DNA from: Opitutales bacterium
Lineage (GTDB): Bacteria > Verrucomicrobiota > Verrucomicrobiia > Opitutales > PNEW01
Direction of reading: 5' to 3'
NCBI GenBank assembly: GCA_965197745.1
Contig: CBDANS010000006.1
Coordinates: forward strand, 320,001-384,000
Length of the DNA stretch: 64,000 nt
The translations under genes were made by a program, and so were the position numbers. The notes beneath the pieces were generated by a model that was not told the DNA's origin, ran no database searches, and worked only from the letters and a program-made list of their open reading frames with translations. This document shows positions 18,312 to 29,722 of this stretch, one piece after another; position 1 is the first letter of the stretch; the number at the start of each line of letters is the position of its first letter.

Positions 18312-18671
18312 ATGCGTCTTCGCAACAACGCCCGGCACCGTCTGAGGCGCACTGCCGAGTTCACTGAGGTGCGTAAAGAAGGCAGACACATCAATGCTGG
18401 ACCATTTCGTCTGCAAATTCTCAATAGCCCTATAAGAGAAAATAAAGACCCCCACGCCCGATTAGGAATTATTGCTTCAAGTAAAGTGGGTGGTGCCGTG
18501 CGACGCAATCGGGCCAAACGTATTTTCCGTGAAATCTTTCATCGCAACAAGGATTCCATAGAGGGCGATGTTGATATTGTGGTTGTCGTTCATAAAAACT
18601 ATGACCATTACAATTTTAAAGAGTTAGAGGATAAATACCTTGAAACATGCCGCAAAGCCGGAATCAATTAA
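18312..18671 (+). CDS. rnpA: Ribonuclease P protein component
   Basis: [24 protein letters not shown] motif; rpmH-rnpA-yidD-yidC synteny. Confidence 0.95.
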   Translation: MRLRNNARHRLRRTAEFTEVRKEGRHINAGPFRLQILNSPIRENKDPHARLGIIASSKVGGAVRRNRAKRIFREIFHRNKDSIEGDVDIVVVVHKNYDHYNFKELEDKYLETCRKAGIN

Positions 18672-18682
18672 CGAAATACTTA

Positions 18683-18991
18683 ATGAATTTGAAACCCATT
18701 AAAAATATTTCACGAAGGGCGCCTGTGCACATCGCGATTTATTTAGTCAAAATATACAGGTCTGTCTTTTCACCGTTAAAAAGAATTATACTAGGACCCT
18801 ATTGCGGTTGCCGTTTTCAACCGACCTGTTCCGCATATGCCATTGAGAGTCTGCGCCACCACGGTTTTATATGCGGCGGCCTCTATGCGGTGCGGCGAAT
18901 TCTTCGCTGTCATCCATTCCATGCGGGCGGCTATGATCCTGTCCCTGAAGCGAAAAGCAGGATCAATGACCGTGATAAATTTTTAGTATAG
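18683..18991 (+). CDS. yidD: Membrane protein insertion efficiency factor
   Basis: [27 protein letters not shown]. Start placed at ATG 18683 to avoid overlap with rnpA. Confidence 0.93.
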   Translation: MNLKPIKNISRRAPVHIAIYLVKIYRSVFSPLKRIILGPYCGCRFQPTCSAYAIESLRHHGFICGGLYAVRRILRCHPFHAGGYDPVPEAKSRINDRDKFLV

Positions 18992-20836
18992 ATGGATAAA
19001 AAATACACTTTGATTGGCATTTTAATGCTTCTCGCCGCTTTTGCACTTATGCTCTTGCAGACGCAGAAGGTAAAGAAGCAGGCATGGGAGCAAGCGCAAA
19101 AAGAAGCGGAAGAGACGATCGTCGAGAGTGAAAATGGTGGGAGCAGTCCCATGGGAAGTTTATCCTCTGATAATGCACCCTCTTTTACGCAATCTTCCTC
19201 ATCTATATCCGAAGTAATCCCAGACCCGGATACATCGTTAAATCTTTCTTCTGAAAAAGACGAACCCGCCGCAGAGAGGCGCCAACCTGAAGAGGTATAC
19301 ATTCTTGAAAACGAATTTATAGGGGTAAAATTCACCAGCCTCGGCGGGGCCATAAAAGAAGTAAGTTTAAAAAAATACGCGGCAGTCAAAGGAGAAACAG
19401 ATCCCTATATTTTCAATGCATACAGTGATTTACCGGCCTTAAGTATAAGCATTATTGACGCGCAAGGACGCATTCAAAAATACGCTCCCGCTTATGAACT
19501 TTCAAACCGGGACAGAGAAAGTATCAGTTTTCATCTCAACCTCTTGCCGGGCATTGAACTTATTCGAAATTATGAGATTACCCAGGCCATGGAAGGAGCT
19601 GAACCTTACATCATCAAGCACACCACAACCTTTATAAATAATACCAATAGTGTATTTAATATTGATGAATTATTCATCAACGCGGGAACCGCGGCGCCTG
19701 ATGAAGCTGATCCTCGTGGTTTTTATTTAAATTTCGGTTATTACGATTCCGAAGACGCGGAGTTTATAAACATCCGCAAATTCAAGGGCGGTGGTTTTCT
19801 CGGGTTTTTCAAGCGTGATCCCGTGTCAGAAATTGTGCGCCGCCATGAGACCACCTGGGCCGCGGTAAAGAATCAGTTTTTTACGGGTATCCTCACCCCT
19901 GCCGAAAGTGGAATAGGAACACAGTCGCGAGCTGTTGAATATCCGGTGGTCGATAACAGCAGCCGCACGCGAGAAGGTATTACCGGGAGTATTGAGTTTG
20001 ACTTGCACAAGGTTAATCCGGGAACCGAGCGCGCACTTGAAATGGATTATTATGTAGGTCCTAAAGAATACGCCCGTATCTCTCAACTCGAACAACGCCA
20101 GGAGCTGGTCATGCAATTTGGATTTTTTGGAATTTTAAGCAAATTCATGCTTATAGTCCTTCTGGCTATCGAAAGAATGATTGGAAACTACGGTGTGGCT
20201 ATCATCCTAATGACTATTGTCATCCGTTTAATGATGTGGCCATTAACGGCAAAGTCCGCGCAGTCATCGAAAAAAATGCAGCAAATATCTGAACCGCTAC
20301 AAGCACTTCGCGATAAATATAAAGATAACCCGCAAAAGCTTCAACGCGAGACCCTCAAGTTATTTAAAGAGAATAATGTTAACCCCGCCGCAGGTTGTCT
20401 GCCCGTAGTTATTCAAATACCTATATTTATTTCATTTTTCTATATGCTGCGCACATCCTCTGAACTTCGGTTCGCGGGTTTCTTATGGATCGATGATCTT
20501 TCCAGGCCGGATACCCTCGCCATGATTGCTGGATTTCCGCTGAACATTCTTCCACTCATTATGGGGGTAACAATGTTTTATCAGATGAAGATAATGCCCA
20601 CCCCTTCGGTAGACAGCACGCAGCAGAAAATATTTAAATTGATGCCTTTTATCTTTCTTGTCTTCTGCTATACTTTTTCTTCCGGTCTTGTTCTTTACTG
20701 GACGATGTCAAACCTCATATCTATCCTCCAGCAGTTTATCACGAATCGGCAGAAAGATCCTGAACCGGTGATTAGACCCTCTGATCGAAACCGAGATAAA
20801 AGCAAAGGCAGGGGAAAGCCCAAATCTAACCGTTAG
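18992..20836 (+). CDS. yidC: Membrane protein insertase
   Basis: YVGPKEY, NYGVAIILMTIVIR..MWPL, NPAAGCLP, FLWIDDLS.PD, GLVLYW. Confidence 0.96.
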   Translation: MDKKYTLIGILMLLAAFALMLLQTQKVKKQAWEQAQKEAEETIVESENGGSSPMGSLSSDNAPSFTQSSSSISEVIPDPDTSLNLSSEKDEPAAERRQPEEVYILENEFIGVKFTSLGGAIKEVSLKKYAAVKGETDPYIFNAYSDLPALSISIIDAQGRIQKYAPAYELSNRDRESISFHLNLLPGIELIRNYEITQAMEGAEPYIIKHTTTFINNTNSVFNIDELFINAGTAAPDEADPRGFYLNFGYYDSEDAEFINIRKFKGGGFLGFFKRDPVSEIVRRHETTWAAVKNQFFTGILTPAESGIGTQSRAVEYPVVDNSSRTREGITGSIEFDLHKVNPGTERALEMDYYVGPKEYARISQLEQRQELVMQFGFFGILSKFMLIVLLAIERMIGNYGVAIILMTIVIRLMMWPLTAKSAQSSKKMQQISEPLQALRDKYKDNPQKLQRETLKLFKENNVNPAAGCLPVVIQIPIFISFFYMLRTSSELRFAGFLWIDDLSRPDTLAMIAGFPLNILPLIMGVTMFYQMKIMPTPSVDSTQQKIFKLMPFIFLVFCYTFSSGLVLYWTMSNLISILQQFITNRQKDPEPVIRPSDRNRDKSKGRGKPKSNR

Positions 20837-20868
20837 CTATTTTAATCGCCGTTCCATCACTTATTGCC

Positions 20869-21606
20869 ATGTCAGGACACAGCAAATGGGCTACGACAAA
20901 ACGGCATAAAGCCGCTATCGACGCCAAGCGAGGTAAGCTATTCAGCATTATAAGCAAAGAACTCTCCATTTCTGCTCGCGCGGGCGGTGGAGATCCGGAA
21001 TTTAATCCCGCTTTACGCACTATTATTAACAAGGCTAAGGCCGCTAATATGCCCTCGGACAATGTTGACCGCGCCATAAAAAAAGGCACCGGTGAACTTC
21101 CGGGCGTTAACTACGATCAACTCACCTACAAGGGATATGCGCCGGGTGGGGTTGGGATTATTGTTGAGGTCACTACCGATAACAAAAACCGAAGCGCGTC
21201 CGATGTGCGGAGCACTTTTACGAAAGCAGGGGGGAACCTCGCGGGCAGCGGCGCATTAGACTTCAATTTCCAGAAACTAGGACAGTTTTTAATTGCCATT
21301 GAAAAAATCAGTGAAGATGAGCTGATCGAAGCTGTGCTTGAAGCAGGTGCGGAAGATATAAAAGCTGAAATTGATCACTTTGAAGTTCACTGCCCCTTAA
21401 GTGATTTCGATGCTGTATCACAGGCGCTTGCTGAAGCCGGTGTTGAACCTGATTCAGCTGAAATCGCCTGGATTCCCTTAAATCTTGTCCCCGTGGGTGA
21501 AGCTGAAACTGCGAAAAAAATATTAACCCTACTCGAAACCCTTGAAGACCTCGAAGATGTCCAGCATGTATATGCCAATTATGATATCGACGACGGCCTG
21601 CTCTGA
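20869..21606 (+). CDS. yebC: YebC/PmpR family protein
   Basis: MSGHSKWATTK.HK..D.KRGK.F, NMPSDN..RAIKKG, TDNKNR, DVQHVYAN. Confidence 0.95.
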   Translation: MSGHSKWATTKRHKAAIDAKRGKLFSIISKELSISARAGGGDPEFNPALRTIINKAKAANMPSDNVDRAIKKGTGELPGVNYDQLTYKGYAPGGVGIIVEVTTDNKNRSASDVRSTFTKAGGNLAGSGALDFNFQKLGQFLIAIEKISEDELIEAVLEAGAEDIKAEIDHFEVHCPLSDFDAVSQALAEAGVEPDSAEIAWIPLNLVPVGEAETAKKILTLLETLEDLEDVQHVYANYDIDDGLL

Positions 21607-21615
21607 TTGCTGCGA

Positions 21616-22503
21616 CTATTGAATCATCATATAGCACAAATCAGCCCATTCGCCGAGAACACGGCTTTCAGATTCGAATGTCACGGACTGTTTTCTTAAT
21701 TCCATCTCAAATTTAGCTTTAATTTTTTCTACTTCGTCAGCCAGTATTCCGCTCATCGCGAGCATACTTCCAACGCCCAACGCTTCCAGGAAATTTTTTG
21801 CGTATTTACAATGGAGATCAGCTTGTAGATTCGCAAGGATGAGATCCGCTCGAGGTTTAATTTTCAGGCCCTTTTCGAGATCGGCTTGAATAAATACAAT
21901 GCGTTCTTCCATTCCGTTCATTTCACAGTTTTCGTTGCTCACTCTTATCGCCTCGGGATCGATATCAAAACCCAATACACTTCCGAACCCACAGGCCGCC
22001 GCAGTAATTGATAAAATTCCGGAACCGCATCCGGCATCAACTACCGTTGATCTTTTCCATCTCTCAGGATATCGGAGACGAAAATCGAACAATCGTTTAG
22101 CACATAAACGCGTTGATTCGTGGCTGCCGGTACCGAAAGCCATTCCTGAATCAATGTAAATGGCCCTTTCTTCGGGTGGGATTTTTACTTTTTCCCTATC
22201 CCAGATGGGGACCCAGTGAAAATCGCATATTTTCCAATGCTTAAGATGTTTTTTATAAGCCTCTTTCCAATTATGATCTTGTAGAAAATAACATTCAACA
22301 TGCTTCGGTAATACCTCGTATTGCGCAGATAATCGAGCCCAGCATTTCCGAGCTTCCTCTTCGTTTAAAAAATAACCCCAGAGGGTATATTTTTCATGGG
22401 TTAATGGCCTGACCAGAGACCATGGGGAATGCTCCCATTCACAGAAGTAGTCTTCAAGCTGATCAGCGAGTTCAGGCTCTAATGAATATTGCACTGTGTA
22501 CAT
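21616..22503 (-). CDS. prmA: Ribosomal protein L11 methyltransferase
   Basis: IDSGMAFGTGSHESTRLC, DAGCGSGILS, ILANL, SGIL, GEWA; downstream of dnaJ. Confidence 0.92.
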   Translation of the reverse strand: MYTVQYSLEPELADQLEDYFCEWEHSPWSLVRPLTHEKYTLWGYFLNEEEARKCWARLSAQYEVLPKHVECYFLQDHNWKEAYKKHLKHWKICDFHWVPIWDREKVKIPPEERAIYIDSGMAFGTGSHESTRLCAKRLFDFRLRYPERWKRSTVVDAGCGSGILSITAAACGFGSVLGFDIDPEAIRVSNENCEMNGMEERIVFIQADLEKGLKIKPRADLILANLQADLHCKYAKNFLEALGVGSMLAMSGILADEVEKIKAKFEMELRKQSVTFESESRVLGEWADLCYMMIQ

Positions 22504-22543
22504 GACGACGAATTAATATCCTCCCGCTCACTTAAACTTAAAA

Positions 22544-23050
22544 TTAACTGGTTGAGCGATTTATTCTTTTAATAAGTTCTGTCGTGCTATAACCGTTCAG
22601 GTAAGGCAGGAAAATAATTTCCGTTCCCGCTGATTCCAGGGCTTGCCGCTCCGATTTATTAATTGTCTCAAGTGAATAGTCACCCGCCTTAACATAGACG
22701 TCGGGTTTAATTGACAGAATTTCCGCATCAAGCCGCTCAGTATTAAAAGTAATGATTCCCTGAATACAGTTTAAGGCGGCAAGGTTATAAGCTCGTTCAG
22801 TTTCATTTTGGATGGGTCGTGTCGGGCCTTTCAGCTTTCGAATACTTTTATCACCATTGAGGGCGACCCACAGGACGTCACCAAGAGTTGCGGATGTGTT
22901 TAAGAAATAAATATGCCCGGAATGCAGAAGATCAAAACAGCCGTTGGTGAGAACAAGTTTTTTCTTTTCCCGACCAAGGCGTTCGCGTCGGTTCACCGCT
23001 TCCTCCAATGGCCACCATTTAGAGTTGAAAAGTTGCTTTTCAGCGGTCAC
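22544..23050 (-). CDS. rfaE2: Heptose-1-phosphate adenylyltransferase (RfaE domain II/HldC-like cytidylyltransferase family)
   Basis: TNGCFDLLHSGH, LNGDKSIRKLKGPTRPI, PDVYVKAGDY, GYSTT. Confidence 0.88.
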   Translation of the reverse strand: MTAEKQLFNSKWWPLEEAVNRRERLGREKKKLVLTNGCFDLLHSGHIYFLNTSATLGDVLWVALNGDKSIRKLKGPTRPIQNETERAYNLAALNCIQGIITFNTERLDAEILSIKPDVYVKAGDYSLETINKSERQALESAGTEIIFLPYLNGYSTTELIKRINRSTS

Positions 23051-23073
23051 GGGAAGAGAATCGTAAAATGTTT

Positions 23074-24201
23074 TTACTCAAAAAAACGTTTTGCCTTTTT
23101 TAAAAAACTCTCCCCCACCGGGTTTTCAGCATCCCCACAGGCGACAGCAAAATCTTCCAGTTTATTCCGCTGATCAGCTTTTAATTTAAGCGGCACTTCA
23201 ATTTGGACGCGCACCAGCTGGTCTCCTTTTCGGCCCGATCGCAAATTGGTCACCCCATGATCACGAAGGCGAAAGGTAGTTCCGGATTGGGTTCCCGCGG
23301 GTATTTTTAATGAGGCCTTGCCTGAGAGAGTAGGCAGGTCAATCGTGCCACCAAGCACCGCGAGAGTAAATTTAATAGGGATCTCGCAGAAAAGGTCGTC
23401 ACCATGGCGTTCAAAAATATCATGTTCCCGCAAGTGAATGACCACATAAAGGTCCCCTGATACACCTCCAAGCGAACCTGCTTCACCATTGCCTGAGGAA
23501 CGCAATTTAGATCCGGTTTCCACCCCGGGAGGAATATTCAGCTTTACTTTACTCGTTTCTGTAACACGCCCATCACCCTGGCATTTCTTACAGGGGTTTT
23601 CCATAACGACGCCAGTTCCATGACATGCCGGACAGGTTTGGCGGACACTGAAAAACCCCCGTGATGAGGTCACTTGTCCATTACCGCCACAGGTTGAACA
23701 GCCGACAGAACTGGAACCCGGTTCAGCCCCGGAACCTTCACAGCGATTACAGGCAACCGCCCGGCGGTATGAGATTTCCTTGCTTACTCCTTTAGCCGCT
23801 TCCTCGAGGCTGATTTCCAGATCATACCTGAGATCGGAACCGCGATGGGCGCCACCACGTGTCGAACTGCCCCCGCCGAAAAATTCTTCAAATATACCGC
23901 CACCACTACCAAAGACTTCTTTAAATATATCAAAGGGATCGTGAAACCCACCTGCTCCACCCCCTCTGGCAGATTGTTTATAGGCCGCGTGCCCGTATTG
24001 ATCATAAGTTGATTTTTTCTCAGGATCTTTAAGCACTTCGTAGGCTTCGGAGATCTCTTTAAAAACTTCTTCTGCTTTCGGATCATCAGGATTTTTATCC
24101 GGGTGATACTGTAACGCTTTTTTCCGATACGCTTTCTTTATATCACTGGCGGACGCATTTCGTGATACGCCGAGCAGTTCATAATAATCTTGATCTGCCA
24201 T
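23074..24201 (-). CDS. dnaJ: Molecular chaperone DnaJ
   Basis: J domain with HPD, G/F-rich linker, four CxxCxGxG zinc repeats. Confidence 0.97.
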   Translation of the reverse strand: MADQDYYELLGVSRNASASDIKKAYRKKALQYHPDKNPDDPKAEEVFKEISEAYEVLKDPEKKSTYDQYGHAAYKQSARGGGAGGFHDPFDIFKEVFGSGGGIFEEFFGGGSSTRGGAHRGSDLRYDLEISLEEAAKGVSKEISYRRAVACNRCEGSGAEPGSSSVGCSTCGGNGQVTSSRGFFSVRQTCPACHGTGVVMENPCKKCQGDGRVTETSKVKLNIPPGVETGSKLRSSGNGEAGSLGGVSGDLYVVIHLREHDIFERHGDDLFCEIPIKFTLAVLGGTIDLPTLSGKASLKIPAGTQSGTTFRLRDHGVTNLRSGRKGDQLVRVQIEVPLKLKADQRNKLEDFAVACGDAENPVGESFLKKAKRFFE

Positions 24202-24203
24202 CC

Positions 24204-24848
24204 TCAGGTATCTTTCTTCGTTTTCTTATCTTTGGCTCCACTGGATACGATAACTGAAGCAGGACGGACAAGCCGATCATGTAAAAGGTAACCTTTACGG
24301 GTAACCGAAATTATTTTACCCTCTTCAAGTTTCTCACATGGTTCGTGAGCTACGCATTCATGATGGTCAGGTTGAAAGGTTTCATTTAGAGGATTGATTT
24401 CTTTCATCCCGTGTTGCTGGAGAATACTTGTAATCTGCGACATGACCATTAAGAAACCCTCAGTTACCGGTTTTGCTTCAGGATGCTGTTCCGCAGCCTC
24501 AAGACCGAGAACAAGGTTATCAAGAGCGGGTAATAAATCTTCAACGAGAGACTCGGTAGCTAATCGCCTCGTCTCCTCTTTTTCGCGAACAGCACGACGG
24601 CGATAATTTTCCAGATCGGCAACAGCGCGCAGGTAAAGGTTTTTATTTTCTTCGGCTTCCGATTGTAGCTCATTCAATTTCATCATTAAATCATCAGCTG
24701 AACGCTCAGTATTGGGAACCTTACTATCATTTACTGAACCCTCCTCCTTATCATTTTCTATATTTGGTACTGCCTTTTCTGCGGTACTCGCGCCTTTCTC
24801 ATCAGATCTGAGATCAGGAGCATCGGACTCCTTTTTATTTTTTTTCAT
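24204..24848 (-). CDS. grpE: Nucleotide exchange factor GrpE
   Basis: [36 protein letters not shown]. Start moved to ATG 24848 (MKKNKK). Confidence 0.95.
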   Translation of the reverse strand: MKKNKKESDAPDLRSDEKGASTAEKAVPNIENDKEEGSVNDSKVPNTERSADDLMMKLNELQSEAEENKNLYLRAVADLENYRRRAVREKEETRRLATESLVEDLLPALDNLVLGLEAAEQHPEAKPVTEGFLMVMSQITSILQQHGMKEINPLNETFQPDHHECVAHEPCEKLEEGKIISVTRKGYLLHDRLVRPASVIVSSGAKDKKTKKDT

Positions 24849-25084
24849 GGGTAATCTTAAATTAGGACAAAATAGATAGGCGCAATATACAAAAAACAGA
24901 CGGTGCAGGTTTTTAGTCTTTCTGCAAAATTTCAAATACTTTTTTTAAATCCTACGTATTATTCTGTAATCTTATTATCCGAATTATTGAGATTTTTAAA
25001 ATGTTTTTTTCACTACTCTTTAAAGCCCACCTGTTCGTGAGGGTCGATAAGGAGTGATTCCTGCCGGTTCGAACAGGGTATACG

Positions 25085-26038
25085 CTAAGCGATAAAATTA
25101 TCGGTAATAAGAATCACTGCTTCATTTACTGCTTCAAATGTGAAAGCTCCCATGAACGGTAAGAGAATGTTGTCACCGGGTTGCAGACGGGCTGCGGACA
25201 TTTTCTCATTAAGATGACCGGAAATAAGATGCAACAGGCGTGGCTGTTCCTCCGACACAACGTTTAAATCGCTCTGCCCCGGGAGCAAAGTAATTTTGCG
25301 AATACGAAATTCAGGACAGTCAGCTATAATCTGCTCATGGGTGTCTGTATGGATGGGGTGTGGCTCAAAGTCATCGAAATTAATGCTGCGCAATGATTCT
25401 TCGATGTGAAGCGCCCTGGATTTTCCGTCATCCCCGATGCGCCCCCAATCATGAATACGATAGGTGGTATCCGAGTTTTGTTGAATCTCGAGAATGATGA
25501 CACCCCCGACGATTGCATGAATTCTGCCGCTAGGGACAAACATTGAATCTCCAGGACTTACAGAAACACGATGGAGGAGGGACTCAAGAGCATCCTCATG
25601 GAGGGCTTGTTCAAATCCTTCACGCGTTACACCATTTTTAAAACCAACGTAGAAATAGGCGTCAGGCGTTGCCGACGCAACATACCAATTTTCAGTTTTA
25701 GGCTCTGCATTATCAACGTCAGACTCGGAGCCAGGCGGGTGCACTTGCAAACTCAGGCGCTTTTGACAATCAAGCCATTTAACTATAAGGGGGAAGCGTT
25801 GGCCGCCCTGATTATCAGGGCCGAGAAGGCGTTCACCGTGTGTTTCGATAGCCGCGCCAAGCGTCAGCCCGGTGAATTCTCCGTCCTCAATCACAGACTG
25901 TGCTTCCGGGCGATCAACGATGTCCCAACTTTCTCCAATCTTCGCGTCTGCTGGCAAGGTGCGGCCAAAAAAGGTATTAAGGCCATGACCACCCCATATC
26001 CTTTTTTGAAATAAGGGCTTAAATCTAACAAAATTCAT
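25085..26038 (-). CDS. manA: Type I phosphomannose isomerase (cupin)
   Basis: RIWGG, IGESW, LSLQVHP, KTENWY, GRIHAI, EIQQNSDTTYRIHDWGR. Start ATG 26038. Confidence 0.9.
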   Translation of the reverse strand: MNFVRFKPLFQKRIWGGHGLNTFFGRTLPADAKIGESWDIVDRPEAQSVIEDGEFTGLTLGAAIETHGERLLGPDNQGGQRFPLIVKWLDCQKRLSLQVHPPGSESDVDNAEPKTENWYVASATPDAYFYVGFKNGVTREGFEQALHEDALESLLHRVSVSPGDSMFVPSGRIHAIVGGVIILEIQQNSDTTYRIHDWGRIGDDGKSRALHIEESLRSINFDDFEPHPIHTDTHEQIIADCPEFRIRKITLLPGQSDLNVVSEEQPRLLHLISGHLNEKMSAARLQPGDNILLPFMGAFTFEAVNEAVILITDNFIA

Positions 26039-26133
26039 CAATTTTAAACGGCTGATTTTGGAGAATTGACAGGTCAAACTAGCAATATGAACTTGTATTT
26101 CAATCCTTTCCCGATAATCTTCATTACTTCGGC

Positions 26134-28746
26134 ATGGCTAGAGCAAAAAAGAAACGTTCCAAACAAAAACCGACATTTAACCCCAAGACGGCTAAAGCCA
26201 ATCCTGTATTAGGTCTGATCTATTTGATCTTGGCGATTCTAATTATAGTTTCGTTATGGGATTATCACCCATCACAGAGTCCGCAAGTCACGACTAGTGC
26301 TTATGATGATTCAATAGATTGGGAAGAGGAAGATTTCGATTTTTCAGAAGAGCCTGTAGAGGAAGAATCACTCGATTCTGGTGAAGAAATGGTGCGCGAT
26401 GAGAACGCTGTTGGTAAAATTGGCGCCAATATTGGTTTTTACTCCTTTTGGAGTCTTGGGTTTTCTGCCTGGCTGATTCCGCTCTATTTAATCTGGGCCA
26501 GTTACATGAATTTTTATAAAATGGGTGTGCTCGTTACCTGGTGGCGGTGGCTTGCCATTTTATTATGCTTAATAAGCTTTGCCGCATTCACCAATATGTT
26601 TGAGGTCGTAGTTTTCGAGAAGGAAGGCATAAACCTGCAAAAGTTTCCCCATGGATGGGGAGGGCTCGCCGGTAAAATACTATTTGAAGGTTTGCTCTAC
26701 AGAAGCCTTGGTCCCGCTGGGAGCAATCTCATTCTCCTGATCATTTTCCTCGGCTCAACAGGTTTTCTCTTACGTGATAATTTAGCCAGTATAGCTAAGA
26801 TAAAGAGGAAGATAGGGGAGTGGAAAAAATCACGGTTTGAAAGTAAAGAAGCAAGCAAAGCCAAAGCTGAGGCCGCGGCAAAAGCGGCGGCCAATGCCAA
26901 AAAAACACCTCCTTTTCCTCGACCGGGCTCTAAACGATTTACGGAGAAAACCGCCAATGAAAATGAAATGGTAGAGGGAGAAGCTCCAGCCGCAGAAGGT
27001 ATCGGTTTAATGGGAGCCGAACCCCTCATGGATGATGGTGAAGAAGCACCAATAGGAGGAGAATCCGTAGAAGAGCCAATGATGGCTTCAGATACAGCGG
27101 CCCCTGTCCAAAAGAAAGCGGGGGGTTCGTTTAAATTAGAAACCAAACCTTCTACCCCTAAACAAAGTCTCACAACGGGGCTTAAAATCATTGCTAGTGA
27201 ACCGACTAAAAAGGCCGGAACACAACTCCCTCAGAAACGGGGTGACTTTACTTTTCCCTCATTAGATCTCCTTGAATCAGAGGATGCTTCACCCATGGTC
27301 GGATTATCCGAAGAGGACCATCTGGCAACAGCTGAGGGGCTTGTTCGCACCCTCTCTGAGTTCGGAGTTACGGTAACTATGGGCGAAGTGCACACGGGCC
27401 CGGTTGTTACACGTTTCGATGTTTACCCCGCGGCAGGGGTACGGGTTGAAAAAATACTCAACCTTGATAAAAACATTGCTCTCGGTCTAAAAGCGACATC
27501 GGTTCGCATCTTAGCCCCGGTCCCGGGAAAAGGCTGTGTCGGGATCGAGGTCCCGAATCAAAACCCCTCCGCTGTCAGGATTCGTGACATTATTGAATCA
27601 GCAAATTGGGTCGATAGTAATGCTGAAATTCCCATGGCCCTGGGCAAGGAAGTCAGTGGTGTCCCTTTAGTCACCGATCTTACGAAGATGCCCCATCTGC
27701 TTATTGCAGGGGCCACAGGTTCTGGTAAAACGGTATGTATCAATTCCATTATTGCTTCTTTGCTTTACTATTCCAGTCCAGAGGACATTCGCTTTGTCAT
27801 GGTAGACCCGAAGATTGTTGAATTGCAGATCTTCAATGATTTACCCCACATGTTGATTCCGGTTGTGACCGAACCCAAGAAAGTGCCCGCGGCGCTGAAG
27901 TACCTTCTCAACGAAATGGAAAACCGTTATAAAATATTTGCCAAGCTCAGCGTTCGCAATATCTCAAGTTTTAATGCTAAACGCGCCCAGGACCTGGAGG
28001 CGGAAAAAGAGGGAATGGCTTCAGAAGATGGCGGCGATGACAGCCCCATTGAAGTCCCAAGAGATGAAGAGGTAGATATGCCTAATAAACTACCATACAT
28101 TGTCTGCATCGTGGATGAACTTGCTGATCTTATGATGGTTGCTCCTGCTGATATTGAATCCTGCATTTCGCGTTTAGCGCAACTCGCACGCGCTGCAGGT
28201 ATTCATCTTATCATCTCAACCCAGCGTCCCTCCGTAAATGTCATTACCGGGGTTATTAAAGCTAATCTTACCAGCCGAATTGCTTTTAAAGTTGCTTCAA
28301 AAGTAGACAGTCGCACTATCCTTGACCAGATGGGAGCAGATCATCTTATAGGACGGGGTGACCTGCTCTTTCTACCACCCGGGGCCCATAGTCTCATCCG
28401 GGCCCAAGGGGCTTATGTCACCGACGAAGAAATAAATAGAATTGTTGAATTCCTTAAACAAAACGGCCCTCCTGTTATCGACGAGGAATTCCAGAATCAT
28501 GTAGAAAGCAGTGGCGATGAAAAATCCCAGGGCGGTGGTGATGGTGAGGATGATGAACTATTGCCCGATGCGATGGAAGTGCTTAGAACAACCAAACGCG
28601 CCTCGACATCCATGCTTCAACGCCGCTTGCGTATAGGGTACAACCGCGCCGCTCGAATTATGGAAATTCTTGAGGACCGCGGTATCGTCGGTCCGGAAAA
28701 TGGTGCTCAACCAAGAGAAATTCTTACTGATATGGATGCGCTTTAA
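26134..28746 (+). CDS. ftsK: DNA translocase FtsK
   Basis: N-terminal TM helices, MPHLLIAGATGSGKT, DELADLMM, STQRPSV, gamma domain ASTSMLQRRLRIGYNRAAR. Confidence 0.97.
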   Translation: MARAKKKRSKQKPTFNPKTAKANPVLGLIYLILAILIIVSLWDYHPSQSPQVTTSAYDDSIDWEEEDFDFSEEPVEEESLDSGEEMVRDENAVGKIGANIGFYSFWSLGFSAWLIPLYLIWASYMNFYKMGVLVTWWRWLAILLCLISFAAFTNMFEVVVFEKEGINLQKFPHGWGGLAGKILFEGLLYRSLGPAGSNLILLIIFLGSTGFLLRDNLASIAKIKRKIGEWKKSRFESKEASKAKAEAAAKAAANAKKTPPFPRPGSKRFTEKTANENEMVEGEAPAAEGIGLMGAEPLMDDGEEAPIGGESVEEPMMASDTAAPVQKKAGGSFKLETKPSTPKQSLTTGLKIIASEPTKKAGTQLPQKRGDFTFPSLDLLESEDASPMVGLSEEDHLATAEGLVRTLSEFGVTVTMGEVHTGPVVTRFDVYPAAGVRVEKILNLDKNIALGLKATSVRILAPVPGKGCVGIEVPNQNPSAVRIRDIIESANWVDSNAEIPMALGKEVSGVPLVTDLTKMPHLLIAGATGSGKTVCINSIIASLLYYSSPEDIRFVMVDPKIVELQIFNDLPHMLIPVVTEPKKVPAALKYLLNEMENRYKIFAKLSVRNISSFNAKRAQDLEAEKEGMASEDGGDDSPIEVPRDEEVDMPNKLPYIVCIVDELADLMMVAPADIESCISRLAQLARAAGIHLIISTQRPSVNVITGVIKANLTSRIAFKVASKVDSRTILDQMGADHLIGRGDLLFLPPGAHSLIRAQGAYVTDEEINRIVEFLKQNGPPVIDEEFQNHVESSGDEKSQGGGDGEDDELLPDAMEVLRTTKRASTSMLQRRLRIGYNRAARIMEILEDRGIVGPENGAQPREILTDMDAL

Positions 28747-28832
28747 AAGCTTTCAATGCTGGTAATAGATATGGACCATCACACCTCTTTCATCGTTTTC
28801 CAGAAAAACTTATAAAATACCAGATAGCCATT

Positions 28833-29636
28833 ATGACCATTGGAGAAAGACTGGAAGAAGCCCGCAAGCGTAAGGGGATATCTATTCGGGAGGCTTCAGA
28901 AATCACCAAGATACGCGGTGATATTCTAAACGGATTGGAAAATAATGAGACGGAATTTATTCTGCCCGATGTTTATATTCGAGGATTTTTACGGAACTAC
29001 GCAAATTTTCTTAAGATTGACGCTGAAAATACTTTGACCGATTTCAATGCGATGCAGTTGCGCAGCAAGCAACAGATCAAGCGTGAAAGTCGTGAGTTTC
29101 TTGGACAGATGAACTTGACGGAAAAGACATCCGTTCCCGATTCTCAAGCAGCACCGGAAGATGAGCCACAGAAAATGGATTCGAATCATTTAGCTCCAAC
29201 TAATACCTATCAATCCTCTGTCGACAAGGATCTTTACTATAAAGTTGCCATGGTTTTTGGCGGCATTTTACTCCTCGTTCTCATTGTCATACTGCTCATT
29301 AATTTATTTACCTCCGATGATAAACCGGAAATCAATCCTGACTTGAGAGAGGAAATACAGACTGATGGGGGCAATGAATCATCCGGTGAAGTCAACTTGA
29401 TGGAAGAAGAGCAAATTACGCTTATCGCTCTCGATGATGTTACCGTCATTGTCGAACAACGCATCGACCGTAAAAGACTTTTCAGCGGTACTTTAGCCGA
29501 GGGTGAATCCGTACCGCTTATAAAAATCGGTCCCATAAAAATCAGTTTTACTGAAGGCGATAACCTGGTTGTTGAGAAAGACGGGAATAAATTTAAAATG
29601 GGTGTTTCAGGGATCAACAGCCGCACCCTGGAATAG
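28833..29636 (+). CDS. rodZ: RodZ-like HTH/TM protein
   Basis: IGERLEEAR...YIRGFLRNYA.FL HTH, single TM helix, C-terminal beta domain; follows ftsK. Confidence 0.78.
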   Translation: MTIGERLEEARKRKGISIREASEITKIRGDILNGLENNETEFILPDVYIRGFLRNYANFLKIDAENTLTDFNAMQLRSKQQIKRESREFLGQMNLTEKTSVPDSQAAPEDEPQKMDSNHLAPTNTYQSSVDKDLYYKVAMVFGGILLLVLIVILLINLFTSDDKPEINPDLREEIQTDGGNESSGEVNLMEEEQITLIALDDVTVIVEQRIDRKRLFSGTLAEGESVPLIKIGPIKISFTEGDNLVVEKDGNKFKMGVSGINSRTLE

Positions 29637-29722
29637 CTGAATCACTGAAAAAGTTACAGCCGCGAGGAGGGTATTTTCGAGTTATACAGCAACGCGACCC
29701 TTAACTCTAAATATACGAGGAG

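Noticed and set aside
18168..18517. Minus-strand ORFs of 95 and 110 aa
   Set aside because: Antisense shadows of rpmH and rnpA.
24849..25084. CIRCE element upstream of grpE
   Set aside because: No TTAGCACTC-N9-GAGTGCTAA match; only a CCTGTTCG/CGAACAGG inverted repeat of unclear meaning.
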